Virus record (IMG/VR): IMGVR_UViG_3300016667_000950
Location: 1-27,942 of that record
DNA length: 27,942 nucleotides
Source of the DNA: a virus
Lineage: Duplodnaviria; Caudoviricetes
Direction: 5' to 3' (one strand)
Of this stretch, positions 16,981-25,628 are shown piece by piece. Numbering within the stretch: the first letter of the stretch is position 1; every line of letters starts with the position of its first letter. The notes beneath the pieces are model-generated. The model was not told the DNA's origin and made no database searches. It worked only from the letters and a program-made list of their open reading frames with translations. The position numbers and the translations under genes were made by a program.

Positions 16981-17216
16981 ATACAATTCTATTGCTACAA
17001 TGGATGTTATCGATGTGTATAACCAATCCAACATACAAATATTCATCGAAAGTAACTATATGTGATTCAAAATCAGGTATAGAAGATTCAAAGCAAGTTA
17101 TACTTCCTATTGAACCTTTCCCTGATGATCTAATGACTCCTATCATTATCAGATGGGAGTCTCCAATTCCATTCCCCCCAGTCATAGTGCGAGATGTTAC
17201 TGATGTGAACCCTTAA
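16977..17216 (+). CDS. Secreted Pro-rich hypothetical protein
   Basis: Hydrophobic N-terminus; ATGA overlap with the PEP-CTERM gene. Confidence 0.6.
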   Translation: MNTILLLQWMLSMCITNPTYKYSSKVTICDSKSGIEDSKQVILPIEPFPDDLMTPIIIRWESPIPFPPVIVRDVTDVNP

Positions 17217-17221
17217 ATTAA

Positions 17222-17590
17222 ATGAAGCTACTATTATCACTATTTTATACTCTACTAATTACTATTAGTTCAGCAGTAGAGATACAAATGTACTGGCCGC
17301 TAGAGAAGGATCATAATATTTGTTATTACAATGTATATCGTAAAGATGTTGATGGTAAGTTCAAAATACTACAACAGGTAGCAAATTATAATGATGATTC
17401 TGGTAAAATCTGTACGCGGGTGAATGTTATGGATTCTGAATGTTATAAAGTACGCGCGGCATATAAGGATGGTACCGAGAACCCTGATTCGAATATTATT
17501 TATATTTCATTGCATAAACAACCAAGATTCATGAAAGTACTATACCCAGTAAGCGAGTCAGTTAATATTTGGATATGGGTAAAGGATTAA
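17222..17590 (+). CDS. Secreted fibronectin type III-like protein
   Basis: Signal peptide; W, YNVYR, YKVRA, E..DSN pattern typical of FN3 domains. Confidence 0.6.
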   Translation: MKLLLSLFYTLLITISSAVEIQMYWPLEKDHNICYYNVYRKDVDGKFKILQQVANYNDDSGKICTRVNVMDSECYKVRAAYKDGTENPDSNIIYISLHKQPRFMKVLYPVSESVNIWIWVKD

Positions 17591-17721
17591 ATATTCCTGT
17601 GGATATTAATGACGATGATGATAACCTCTACACTAAGAAGGAAAAAATCCACCTTAGTGTAGGAGTTCTTATTTTTATAGTCTCAGCTGCATGGTATTTT
17701 ATCAATTTATTTTTGAAATAA
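17575..17721 (+). CDS. Small C-terminally anchored membrane protein (48 aa)
   Basis: MGKGLNIPVDINDDDD...VGVLIFIVSAAWYFINLFLK*. Confidence 0.55.
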   Translation: MGKGLNIPVDINDDDDNLYTKKEKIHLSVGVLIFIVSAAWYFINLFLK

Positions 17722-17764
17722 TTTACACTTGAAAAAAATTTAAACTATAATAGAATTCTCCTGA

Positions 17765-18436
17765 ATGGAAGCTAATAAAGTAAAACTAGTAGGTTACACG
17801 ATTCCGAACGAGGAATATTTTGAAGGTACTGATGTGAAGACTATTACCGATCTTATTGTCTTTTGTGGTCGAGTATCCAATCCGTCTAATCAGATAAATA
17901 TGAATACTGCGGACAAGCTTATTAATTATCTACTACAACATAAGCACTTTTCACCATTTGAAATGTGTAACGCTGTTCTAGAGATTGAAACAACACGCGA
18001 TATTGCGCGTCAGATTTTACGTCATCGTAGTTTTAGTTTTCAAGAATTTAGCCAGCGATATGCTAATCCTACTCAAGCATTACCACTTGTAACTAGGGAA
18101 GCACGGCTACAAGATCAAAAGAACCGTCAGAATAGTGTTGAGACTACTAATGATATTCTAAAGCATCAATGGGAAGCTAAACAACAAATGCTTATTGATG
18201 CGAGTACTGCAACCTATAACTGGGCGCTAGATAATGGCATTGCAAAAGAAGTAGCGCGTTCTATTCTACCAGAAGGTAATACAATGTCACGTATTTATAT
18301 GAACGGTACTATTCGTTCGTGGATCCATTACCTTGAGGTTCGAACTGGTAATGGTACTCAGAAAGAGCATATTGATATAGCAAGAAAATGCGCTTTAGCT
18401 CTTTCAAAAATATTCCCTATTATTCCAACTGAATAA
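17765..18436 (+). CDS. thyX: Flavin-dependent thymidylate synthase
   Basis: HFSPFE, RQILRHRSFSFQEFSQRY, KEVARSILP, TQKEH. Confidence 0.97.
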   Translation: MEANKVKLVGYTIPNEEYFEGTDVKTITDLIVFCGRVSNPSNQINMNTADKLINYLLQHKHFSPFEMCNAVLEIETTRDIARQILRHRSFSFQEFSQRYANPTQALPLVTREARLQDQKNRQNSVETTNDILKHQWEAKQQMLIDASTATYNWALDNGIAKEVARSILPEGNTMSRIYMNGTIRSWIHYLEVRTGNGTQKEHIDIARKCALALSKIFPIIPTE

Positions 18437-18457
18437 GGAACTCTGATAAAATAGGGT

Positions 18458-18715
18458 ATGAAAGTAAAAGCAACCCTCGATGTTGAGCTCGACCGTGAAG
18501 AAGAGCTCAACATCGCTCGCAAGGTTATTCGTGAGCTTGTTGAATGGCCTGATTATTCGTTTGCAGAGAATGATTGCTTAAAGCTTAATAGTGTTTTCAA
18601 TACGACACATTCATGGGTTGAGACTAAAATTATTCGTGAGCTCAACAATAACGATAAAGCTGCAAAAACCATTCTTGATTTGATCAATAGCACACTTGCT
18701 ACGATCTCCTGGTAA
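18458..18715 (+). CDS. Hypothetical protein
   Basis: 85-aa ORF bounded by GGAAC motifs at 18437 and 18716. Confidence 0.75.
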   Translation: MKVKATLDVELDREEELNIARKVIRELVEWPDYSFAENDCLKLNSVFNTTHSWVETKIIRELNNNDKAAKTILDLINSTLATISW

Positions 18716-18798
18716 GGAACTCTCATATAATTTAGAAGACATAAGAGCTCATCGCAATGCTGAGTTATCAGCGAAAAGAATTTAATTATAATATCAAC

Positions 18799-19707
18799 AT
18801 GAAACTTGGAATTGAATCAACCGGCTTCAAGAAGGTATCTGACATTACCATTCCGGAAATTTTCTACCGCCGAATGAAATGTGGTATCGATGAATTCGAT
18901 GTGATGTTTGGAGATGGTCTGCTTCCAGGCTGCACACTTACCTTTACTGGTCAAGCTGGTTGCGGTAAGACTACCGCGTTGCTTCAATACATGGAGGCTC
19001 TCGCTTCTAACGGTTATGATGTCGGTTATGCTTCTGGCGAAGAGAATCAATATCAGCTTGCCTTCACCTGTAAACGCTTGAACGTTCGTAACGTTTCTAT
19101 CGCTAACGAGACTGATATTGATGTACTTGCAAAAGCGATGGAAAATCTCGACGTTCTTGTTATCGATTCGTTCCAAGCGCTCACTACTGAGAATAAACTT
19201 AACTCTTCTGAGCTTGAGCGTTATGCTGTATCTACTCTTATTAGTAAGGCTAAAGAGACAGAGTGCGCTCTTATTTTTATCCTACATCTTACTAAAGATG
19301 GTAAGCTTAAAGGCTCTACTCTCGTACCACATTCTGTCGATGTTAATTTCCAAATTACGACAGATCCAGATAACGGTGAAACAGCTCGTATCTTGAGCGT
19401 GTATAAGAATCGCTTTGGTGTAACTGGTGATTATAGTGCAACAATGACTTATAAAGGTCTTGTAATTTCTGGTAAGCATGAAGTTGCAGCGGCTCCTAAT
19501 AAGGCTACTCGTAAGAAAAAGCTCGAAGATCAAATTCTCGCTCTCGATCCTCCACAAATTACTAAAAAGTTGATCATGGATAAGTTTAATCTATCTACTA
19601 GTCAAGCATATGTTATCCTTAAGGAACTTACTGATAATGATAAACTTAAGAAATTTGGACGTGGTGATGATGCTGTATATAAGAAAGTAATCAAAGCTGT
19701 AATCTAA
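18799..19707 (+). CDS. RadA/Sms-like RecA-family ATPase with C-terminal winged helix
   Basis: GIDEFDVMFGDG, Walker A GQAGCGKTT, YASGEE, Walker B VIDSFQ, HLTKDG, KNRFG; no Zn finger or Lon-like domain. Start moved to ATG 18799. Confidence 0.85.
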   Translation: MKLGIESTGFKKVSDITIPEIFYRRMKCGIDEFDVMFGDGLLPGCTLTFTGQAGCGKTTALLQYMEALASNGYDVGYASGEENQYQLAFTCKRLNVRNVSIANETDIDVLAKAMENLDVLVIDSFQALTTENKLNSSELERYAVSTLISKAKETECALIFILHLTKDGKLKGSTLVPHSVDVNFQITTDPDNGETARILSVYKNRFGVTGDYSATMTYKGLVISGKHEVAAAPNKATRKKKLEDQILALDPPQITKKLIMDKFNLSTSQAYVILKELTDNDKLKKFGRGDDAVYKKVIKAVI

Positions 19708-19732
19708 CTAACAATAACACACAAATAAAATT

Positions 19733-20017
19733 ATGACTACTATCAAATCAATTAAACGCATCTGCAACTATGAGCTACGAATGCTCGAAAACGGGAAAGA
19801 CTATGAGATGATTCGTTGGTATGAGTCGATCGACTCATACTGCATCGCAATTGCTTTTTTCCGTCGTCATAAAGAAGGTTATGATATGGAGTCTGTTGGC
19901 GATCGTTATCAAAATGCATTGGAATATGATCCAAATATCATTAAAGCTTTGACTCGATACGCTTTTACTATTTCAAATGCCGAATTTAATCTTGAAGAAA
20001 GTTTAGAAATTTCATAA
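19733..20017 (+). CDS. Hypothetical protein
   Basis: 94-aa ORF. Confidence 0.7.
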   Translation: MTTIKSIKRICNYELRMLENGKDYEMIRWYESIDSYCIAIAFFRRHKEGYDMESVGDRYQNALEYDPNIIKALTRYAFTISNAEFNLEESLEIS

Positions 20018-20019
20018 TT

Positions 20020-20118
20020 ATGAACAAAACAGAGCAAGAACAAAGAGATAGCTTTATAAAAATATGTGATGATAACGCTGATTTCATCCCTGATGAGGAT
20101 GGCTATGCTTATTTTTGA
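20020..20118 (+). pseudogene. Short or truncated ORF (32 aa)
   Basis: MNKTEQEQRDSFIKICDDNADFIPDEDGYAYF* followed two codons later by TAA. Confidence 0.4.
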
Positions 20119-20145
20119 AACTAAAAAGTTCATTGAATCAAAGCT

Positions 20146-20433
20146 ATGAAATACAAAAACGTCCGAGAATTAAACGAAAAAATCATTCTTTCTGATTTGA
20201 AAGAATCGCTTGAAAAATTGCAAAAGTTCAATAAATGGAGATTGCCATTAGCATGTTTATTAATGGCTTTAACATATCCCTTTTATTTATGGGGTAATGA
20301 TGCTTTTATTTGGATCATTGTTATTCAAGCATTTTTCATTTGGTTGTTGGCATTGCATAATATTTTGATTATGCATTTTGAAGACATCTATGAATTTTGG
20401 AAAGATATTTTAGATTCTTGGGAAAATAACTAA
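20146..20433 (+). CDS. Two-TM membrane protein
   Basis: Two hydrophobic helices. Confidence 0.7.
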   Translation: MKYKNVRELNEKIILSDLKESLEKLQKFNKWRLPLACLLMALTYPFYLWGNDAFIWIIVIQAFFIWLLALHNILIMHFEDIYEFWKDILDSWENN

Positions 20434-20437
20434 TAAT

Positions 20438-20683
20438 ATGATTATGAAATTTAAAACAGCAGATGAAGCAAATGAACAATCCTCTTCTTATTTCTCTCAA
20501 AGAGTAGATGAGAGAAAGGCGGTTATTTATTCTGAAATCGAAAAAGCTATTGTAAAGGGAGAGTTTTCAATTTTGGTAGAACGCGATGATATCTCTAAAT
20601 TTATCGTTGAAGACATTCTTTTGCCATTGGATTATTCTTGCAATGCTAGTTTTAACGGACGAGATTATAAAATTAGTTGGTAA
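20438..20683 (+). CDS. Hypothetical phage protein (ISW C-terminus)
   Basis: 81-aa ORF; ISW ending shared with 18458..18715. Confidence 0.7.
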   Translation: MIMKFKTADEANEQSSSYFSQRVDERKAVIYSEIEKAIVKGEFSILVERDDISKFIVEDILLPLDYSCNASFNGRDYKISW

Positions 20684-20688
20684 AAATT

Positions 20689-21006
20689 ATGAAAACAGAA
20701 GAAGAGCTAACTAAAATTATTAAAACTATCGTAGATCAACATCAAAAGCTTTGGCAAATTTGTGATAAAGTTATTGATTGCGGGGCTATTGAGGTTGATG
20801 GAGTCTTTTATAATACTATTTGGAGTGCATTTGAAGCTCTATTGAATATTATTCAGCTAGATTTGTTAGAAGATGAATCTAAGTGGATTGAATGGTATAT
20901 CTATGATGCAAAATTTGGAACACAATGCCAAAATGTAACAATTGCCAATGGGGATGAAATTTTTGTTGACAGTCCTGAAAAACTTGCTAAAGTGATCCTA
21001 TCTTAA
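20689..21006 (+). CDS. Hypothetical phage protein
   Basis: WIEWYIYDAKFG motif; start moved to ATG 20689. Confidence 0.7.
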   Translation: MKTEEELTKIIKTIVDQHQKLWQICDKVIDCGAIEVDGVFYNTIWSAFEALLNIIQLDLLEDESKWIEWYIYDAKFGTQCQNVTIANGDEIFVDSPEKLAKVILS

Positions 21007-21037
21007 GAACGAAAAGGAACTCAGATATACTGTCACT

Positions 21038-21205
21038 ATGAGCAATATCAATATCAATGAATTTATTTTCAGTATGAAAATTGCGCTTCAAGAGTTTGAA
21101 GCATTTTGGAAAAGTCAGAATGAGTTAGATCCTGATAATTATCCACTAGAAATGATGAGCGGTAATTGGGATGAGCAATTCGATTTGCATAAAGAGCAAC
21201 AATAA
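21038..21205 (+). CDS. Hypothetical protein (55 aa)
   Basis: MSNININEF...PDNYPLEM..GNWDEQF...*; ATG 6 nt after GGAAC-N5-TATACT. Confidence 0.7.
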   Translation: MSNININEFIFSMKIALQEFEAFWKSQNELDPDNYPLEMMSGNWDEQFDLHKEQQ

Positions 21206-21219
21206 AAAGAAAATTTAAT

Positions 21220-22215
21220 ATGGAGATTAAATCAGATAAGCCATTTAAAGTGAGCGAAAATGACAAATCCATGAACCAAACTTACATCGAAACCAACTAC
21301 AAGGGCGACACTTTTTACTACTCGGACGCCGAGAAAACCATCCTTCACCGTGAGGATGGGCCTGCCATTGAGTATGCCAATGGACGAAAAGACTGGTTTC
21401 TTAATGGCCAGAGGCATCGATGTGATGGACCTGCCATCGAAGACCCAGATGGTTATAAATGCTGGTTTCTCAATGACTATATACACCGCGAAAACGGTCC
21501 CGCCGTAGAGTGGTCTGACGGCCATAAAGACTGGTATCTCAATGGCGAACGTCATCGAGAAGATGGACCTGCCATTGAGTGTGTCGATGGACGCAAAGAA
21601 TGGTATCGCAATGGTAAACTCCATCGCAATGATGGACCTGCCATCGAGTATGTGAGCGGACGTAAAGAATGGTTTATAAATGGAGAACTCCATCGCAATG
21701 ATGGTCCTGCCATCGAAGACTCAGATGGCCATAAAGAATGGTATCTCAATAGCGAACGTCATAGAGAAGACGGACCCGCTGTCGAGTATGTCGATGGACG
21801 TAAAGACTGGTATTTATACGGTAAGCGTCATCGCGAGGACGGGCCTGCTATCGAGTTCGCCGATGGGATCGTAGGATACTACGTCGATAACAAACCTCTT
21901 ACCAAGGAAGAGTTTGACGCCCGCCAGTCTCGCCCCATCGAACTCGCAGACCTGAAAACCGAGTGTAAAAATCTCAGGCATCTAGTTAAGTGTAATTACG
22001 CTGCTATTGACGACCTGAGGGGAAAGCTTGCTGAAGTCGAGCTCGAGCGGGATTGTGCCGTCAGGGACCGTGAAGCGAGTTATGAGCAGTTTCGCAAATC
22101 CGATGAAGCGAATCTCATTCTAACGAAAGCTCTGGCTCAGCAAAAGGAGATCTGCGATTTCCTTCTAGAAGAACTTCATAAAACATGGAAGGTGATGTGG
22201 GAAAAGGAACTCTAA
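21220..22215 (+). CDS. HREDGPA-repeat (MORN-like beta-hairpin) protein with C-terminal coiled coil
   Basis: Eight 23-aa repeats HRxDGPAxExxxGxKxWxxNGxx; alternative start ATG 21271. Confidence 0.85.
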   Translation: MEIKSDKPFKVSENDKSMNQTYIETNYKGDTFYYSDAEKTILHREDGPAIEYANGRKDWFLNGQRHRCDGPAIEDPDGYKCWFLNDYIHRENGPAVEWSDGHKDWYLNGERHREDGPAIECVDGRKEWYRNGKLHRNDGPAIEYVSGRKEWFINGELHRNDGPAIEDSDGHKEWYLNSERHREDGPAVEYVDGRKDWYLYGKRHREDGPAIEFADGIVGYYVDNKPLTKEEFDARQSRPIELADLKTECKNLRHLVKCNYAAIDDLRGKLAEVELERDCAVRDREASYEQFRKSDEANLILTKALAQQKEICDFLLEELHKTWKVMWEKEL

Positions 22216-22227
22216 TATCATATATAT

Positions 22228-22410
22228 ATGAAGGATCAATTGAACCAAACACTTGAGTACTGGATTCGACTAACTGAGTGTTATTGTTTTAGTGAGAGGG
22301 CTATTGGAGGATGCCTACATTGCGATCTAAAGCAGACACTGTTACATATCAACGATCTGTTCGAACAACTTCAAGCCACAAAAGCTATTTTTTCCGAACT
22401 CGAAAAATAA
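22228..22410 (+). CDS. Hypothetical Cys-containing protein
   Basis: ECYC...CLHC; ATG 6 nt after GGAAC-N5-TATCAT. Confidence 0.7.
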   Translation: MKDQLNQTLEYWIRLTECYCFSERAIGGCLHCDLKQTLLHINDLFEQLQATKAIFSELEK

Positions 22411-22436
22411 TATAAAAACTCAATTATATTAGTAAC

Positions 22437-22730
22437 GTGAGTCTTGATAAAGCAATCAAATACAAAAAAGAAAAGCGGCAGCCATATCGTGGTGCTAAAG
22501 CTAATTGTTATAGTTGTCGTAATCATGGTAGCTGCAACTATTGTGAAAGCAGCCGTACGATTTTTGATAAAAGAGCTCGCATGCGTCTCGAAGGACAGGA
22601 AGACGAATGGTTTGGTTATTTTAATCTGTTAGATCCAAATGATGTGGATGCGTATTTATATGAAGAGAGGTTGAAGACTATTGGCGTTGATCCATTTGAT
22701 TTTGAAACTCGTTACGATTTAGGCATATAA
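22437..22730 (+). CDS. Hypothetical phage protein with Cys/His motif
   Basis: MSLDKAI...KEKRQPY...SCRNHGSCNYC. Confidence 0.75.
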   Translation: MSLDKAIKYKKEKRQPYRGAKANCYSCRNHGSCNYCESSRTIFDKRARMRLEGQEDEWFGYFNLLDPNDVDAYLYEERLKTIGVDPFDFETRYDLGI

Positions 22731-22760
22731 ATTATAATAAAATCTTTAATACAATTAAGT

Positions 22761-23561
22761 ATGGAATACAAACCAACCTACATGTCAACTAACCACAAGG
22801 GTGATACTTTTTACTTCTCGGACGCCGAGAAAACCATCCTCCACCGCGAGGATGGTCCTGCGATTGAGTGGATGAATGGCGGCAAAGAATGGTTTGTCAA
22901 TGGCAAGCGCCACCGTGAGGACGGGCCTGCCGTCGAGCATGCGGATGGCTACCGAAGCTGGTTTGTCAATGGCGAGCTCCATCGTGAAGATGGACCTGCT
23001 GCCGAGCTCGCGGATGGGCGCAAAGAATGGTATCTTAATAACCAGTTACACCGTGAGGATGGACCTGCTGTTGAATGTTCCACGGTATTGAAAAAATGGT
23101 ATTCCAATGGCAAGTTACACCGAGTTAATGGTCCAGCTATTGAGCATTCTGGTGGACGAAAAGAATGGTATCTCAATGGAAAACGTCATCGCGAGAACGG
23201 CCCTGCCATCGAGTGGGCAAATGGCGGCAAAGACTGGTATTTTAATGGGAAGAGGCATCGCGAAGATGGCCTGGCAATCGAGTGGTCTGATGGAGGTGGG
23301 TATTACTACCTACATGGAAAACATCTCACCAAAGAAGAGTTTGAGGCGTATAAGGCTCGCTCCAACGAATCTACAGCAATGAAAGTCGAATTTGAAAAAT
23401 CAAAACGGATTGATCAATATACGGCAGATGAACAGCTCTCTCTATTACATCAAATCTGCAATAGGATTTATATTGCGAGGAATATCGCAATGGATCAGCA
23501 AAAAATACTTGACTGTTTGAAAGAAATCGACATACTCTACCGAGAACCGAACGAGAACTAA
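22761..23561 (+). CDS. HREDGPA-repeat protein, paralog 2
   Basis: Seven 23-aa repeats; N-cap KGDTFY.SDAEKTIL shared with paralog 1; different C-terminus. Confidence 0.85.
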   Translation: MEYKPTYMSTNHKGDTFYFSDAEKTILHREDGPAIEWMNGGKEWFVNGKRHREDGPAVEHADGYRSWFVNGELHREDGPAAELADGRKEWYLNNQLHREDGPAVECSTVLKKWYSNGKLHRVNGPAIEHSGGRKEWYLNGKRHRENGPAIEWANGGKDWYFNGKRHREDGLAIEWSDGGGYYYLHGKHLTKEEFEAYKARSNESTAMKVEFEKSKRIDQYTADEQLSLLHQICNRIYIARNIAMDQQKILDCLKEIDILYREPNEN

Positions 23562-23583
23562 AGGAACTCAGATTCAATAAGAC

Positions 23584-23742
23584 ATGAAAAAGAATATTAT
23601 GTTTGTAACATCAATCTTTATTTTGGCTATTAGTTTCGGACTGTTGGTCCATTTTAATCTACCAGAGATTGCAATTCCAATACTATTTGCTGGCTTTATC
23701 TCTATTCTATATTGCTGTATATCTAATATTTATAAGCTATAA
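23584..23742 (+). CDS. Small two-TM protein (52 aa)
   Basis: MKKNIMFVTSIFILAISFG...; ATG 5 nt after GGAAC-N5-TTCAAT. Confidence 0.65.
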   Translation: MKKNIMFVTSIFILAISFGLLVHFNLPEIAIPILFAGFISILYCCISNIYKL

Positions 23743-23795
23743 ATAATAATTACATTACTCTATTTTTACCCAGAACCAATTATAAAATAATCGAG

Positions 23796-23882
23796 ATAGA
23801 AAAGACGCTAGCACTACTCTTAGTATTGAATCTTTGTTACTCCGCAGCTGATACAGGTTTTGCTTCTCATTATTCCTCTTAA
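23796..23882 (+). pseudogene. Degenerate copy of the rlpA 5' end
   Basis: IEKTLALLLVLNLCYSAADTGFASHYSS* aligns without gaps to MKKTLALLLGLCLSCSAAETGIASHYSTK (16131-16217). Confidence 0.8.
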
Positions 23883-23892
23883 GTACTACCAT

Positions 23893-24477
23893 ATGAAACG
23901 TTTTGATGAATGGATCTTAACTGAAATGCCTCAATATTATCAAGGAAATATTACCTATCAAAAGGATAATAAATTCCAACCAATCAGTGTTCGTAACCTA
24001 TATGATTATACTATTATGGGAGATAGTATGGGATTAGTCTATGCAGTTCATCCCAATCGAACATTTGGATTTGTTTTTGACTTTAACAATCAAAAACAAA
24101 ATGATCAATTCATTACTCCAGTAATGCATCTTTCTCTAAGAGATACTATTTTCGGAGATTATAGACAAGCTCACAATCTTCGAATCAAACAATCATATTC
24201 TAAGACTGGAATTGCTTCCAATTGGTATGATTTCTATATCAAATCATTTGGAGGAATTGTTTCAGATAGAGAACATTTAGAAGGGGGAAAAACTCTTTGG
24301 ATTTCTTTTATCAAGAAAGCAACAAATAATTCCTCTTATAGAATTTCTTTGGCAGATTCTACGACTGGAGATATTTTGGAAAAGGTTACCAGTAATACCC
24401 CGGAAGATAATATCTGGAGTAAGGATAAATCTAAAAAAGATATCGTTTTAATTTACGAATATATTTCCTCCATTTAA
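23893..24477 (+). CDS. Hypothetical protein with T4-like capsid-targeting N-terminus and GNAT-like motifs
   Basis: MKRFDEWILTE-M start; YSKTGIASNWY...GIVSD.EHLEGGKTLW. Confidence 0.6.
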   Translation: MKRFDEWILTEMPQYYQGNITYQKDNKFQPISVRNLYDYTIMGDSMGLVYAVHPNRTFGFVFDFNNQKQNDQFITPVMHLSLRDTIFGDYRQAHNLRIKQSYSKTGIASNWYDFYIKSFGGIVSDREHLEGGKTLWISFIKKATNNSSYRISLADSTTGDILEKVTSNTPEDNIWSKDKSKKDIVLIYEYISSI

Positions 24478-24529
24478 TTTATCACTCACCTGATCAAAAA
24501 TAGAAATAAGATTAACTTATTAGTATAAA

Positions 24530-25093
24530 ATGAATACCCATCAAGAAAAACAGACAATTTTTGAAGTAGGTAAGACCTACCAAACCCGCGGCGGACTAAC
24601 TGCTCGAGTAATCTGCGTCGATCGGGTGACGCATCCAGAATACAGCAGATTTGCCACAATGGTCACACTCGTCATGCAACCCGATGGGTATGAGCTTGTG
24701 GAGTTGCATCACGCGGATGGGCGAGTCCGCCCAATGGGGAATGGGGATCTAGACCTCCTGCCGCCAAAGTGGCGCGGCAAGATCTGGGTGAGAGATAGCG
24801 GTCAGCACGCTATTTTCGATGCGCTCGCCTTAAGCCCCGATTCCGCTGTCGCCGATGGCTGGCGCTTGATCGAAGTAGAAGAATCGCCAACTGAAGAAGA
24901 ATTAGCTGCATATCAGTCTTTAAAAAAGGAACTTAAAGATCTAAAGTGTGAGAGTGAGAAACTTGAACATCACGTTAATTATAAACTCTCAATTCTCAAC
25001 GACCTGAGAGATAATCTTGCTGCAGTCGAGCGAGAGCGAGATGCTTTAAAATTTGAGATTATGAATTTACGGAAAGGAACTTCGGTGAAATAA
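24530..25093 (+). CDS. Mosaic protein: GC-richer N-terminal domain plus coiled coil
   Basis: FEVGKTYQTRGG..ARVICVDR N-terminal domain; C-terminal coil homologous to that of 21220..22215. Confidence 0.75.
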   Translation: MNTHQEKQTIFEVGKTYQTRGGLTARVICVDRVTHPEYSRFATMVTLVMQPDGYELVELHHADGRVRPMGNGDLDLLPPKWRGKIWVRDSGQHAIFDALALSPDSAVADGWRLIEVEESPTEEELAAYQSLKKELKDLKCESEKLEHHVNYKLSILNDLRDNLAAVERERDALKFEIMNLRKGTSVK

Positions 25094-25119
25094 AAATATA
25101 GTACATTTATAACAGATAT

Positions 25120-25518
25120 ATGAGTATGAATGCTTCAACAAGAATCTACGAAAAAATGAACAATCAACTTTATAAAAAAGTTAGCCGTAAATATATTCCA
25201 GTAAATGATCCTTATGCTTATGATGGATTAAGAGAGGGATGGTGGCTGATTAAAGTAGAACCGAACAGCACTTCAATCCGCCAACAAGTTTATCCTCATA
25301 AAGCAGAGATTACAGCTGCTGCTCGGGATAAAGAAGAAGAACTGATTAAAATCATTCGAAAAGCTTCTGAAGCTCGTCCTAAAGAAAATTCACTTACTCC
25401 TGAGGCATTAGCTGATTGGCAGGCATTGATTGATAAGCATGGTAATCAATTTAGAACTTTACAATATCCGTCATTCCAAGAAAATGCTGAGAAAATTATC
25501 GAAGCTTTAATTAAGTAA
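25120..25518 (+). CDS. Hypothetical protein
   Basis: 132-aa ORF; the start may be downstream. Confidence 0.7.
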   Translation: MSMNASTRIYEKMNNQLYKKVSRKYIPVNDPYAYDGLREGWWLIKVEPNSTSIRQQVYPHKAEITAAARDKEEELIKIIRKASEARPKENSLTPEALADWQALIDKHGNQFRTLQYPSFQENAEKIIEALIK

Positions 25519-25628
25519 TTAGCTGGTCAACTAAAATAAGGAACTCGGATATAATAATAGAAGAAAGCAGTGTAATCATAAATTATCAATCCTCACGATT
25601 ACACCTCTAATCTTTAAAATTAAAATAA

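Noticed and set aside
15841-20118. Genome-wide TGA-to-Trp recoding suggested by TGA at 15841 and 20116
   Set aside because: TGA is the true stop of rmlA, rmlB, tilS and the PEP-CTERM gene (several with ATGA overlaps), and Trp is encoded by TGG elsewhere.
21220-23561. Diversity-generating retroelement or CRISPR array
   Set aside because: The repeats are in-frame 69-bp coding units with no spacers; no reverse transcriptase or non-coding template repeat is visible in the window.
21232-23577. Minus-strand and alternative-frame ORFs over the repeat genes
   Set aside because: Expected by-products of GC-richer tandem repeats; no promoter or start context.
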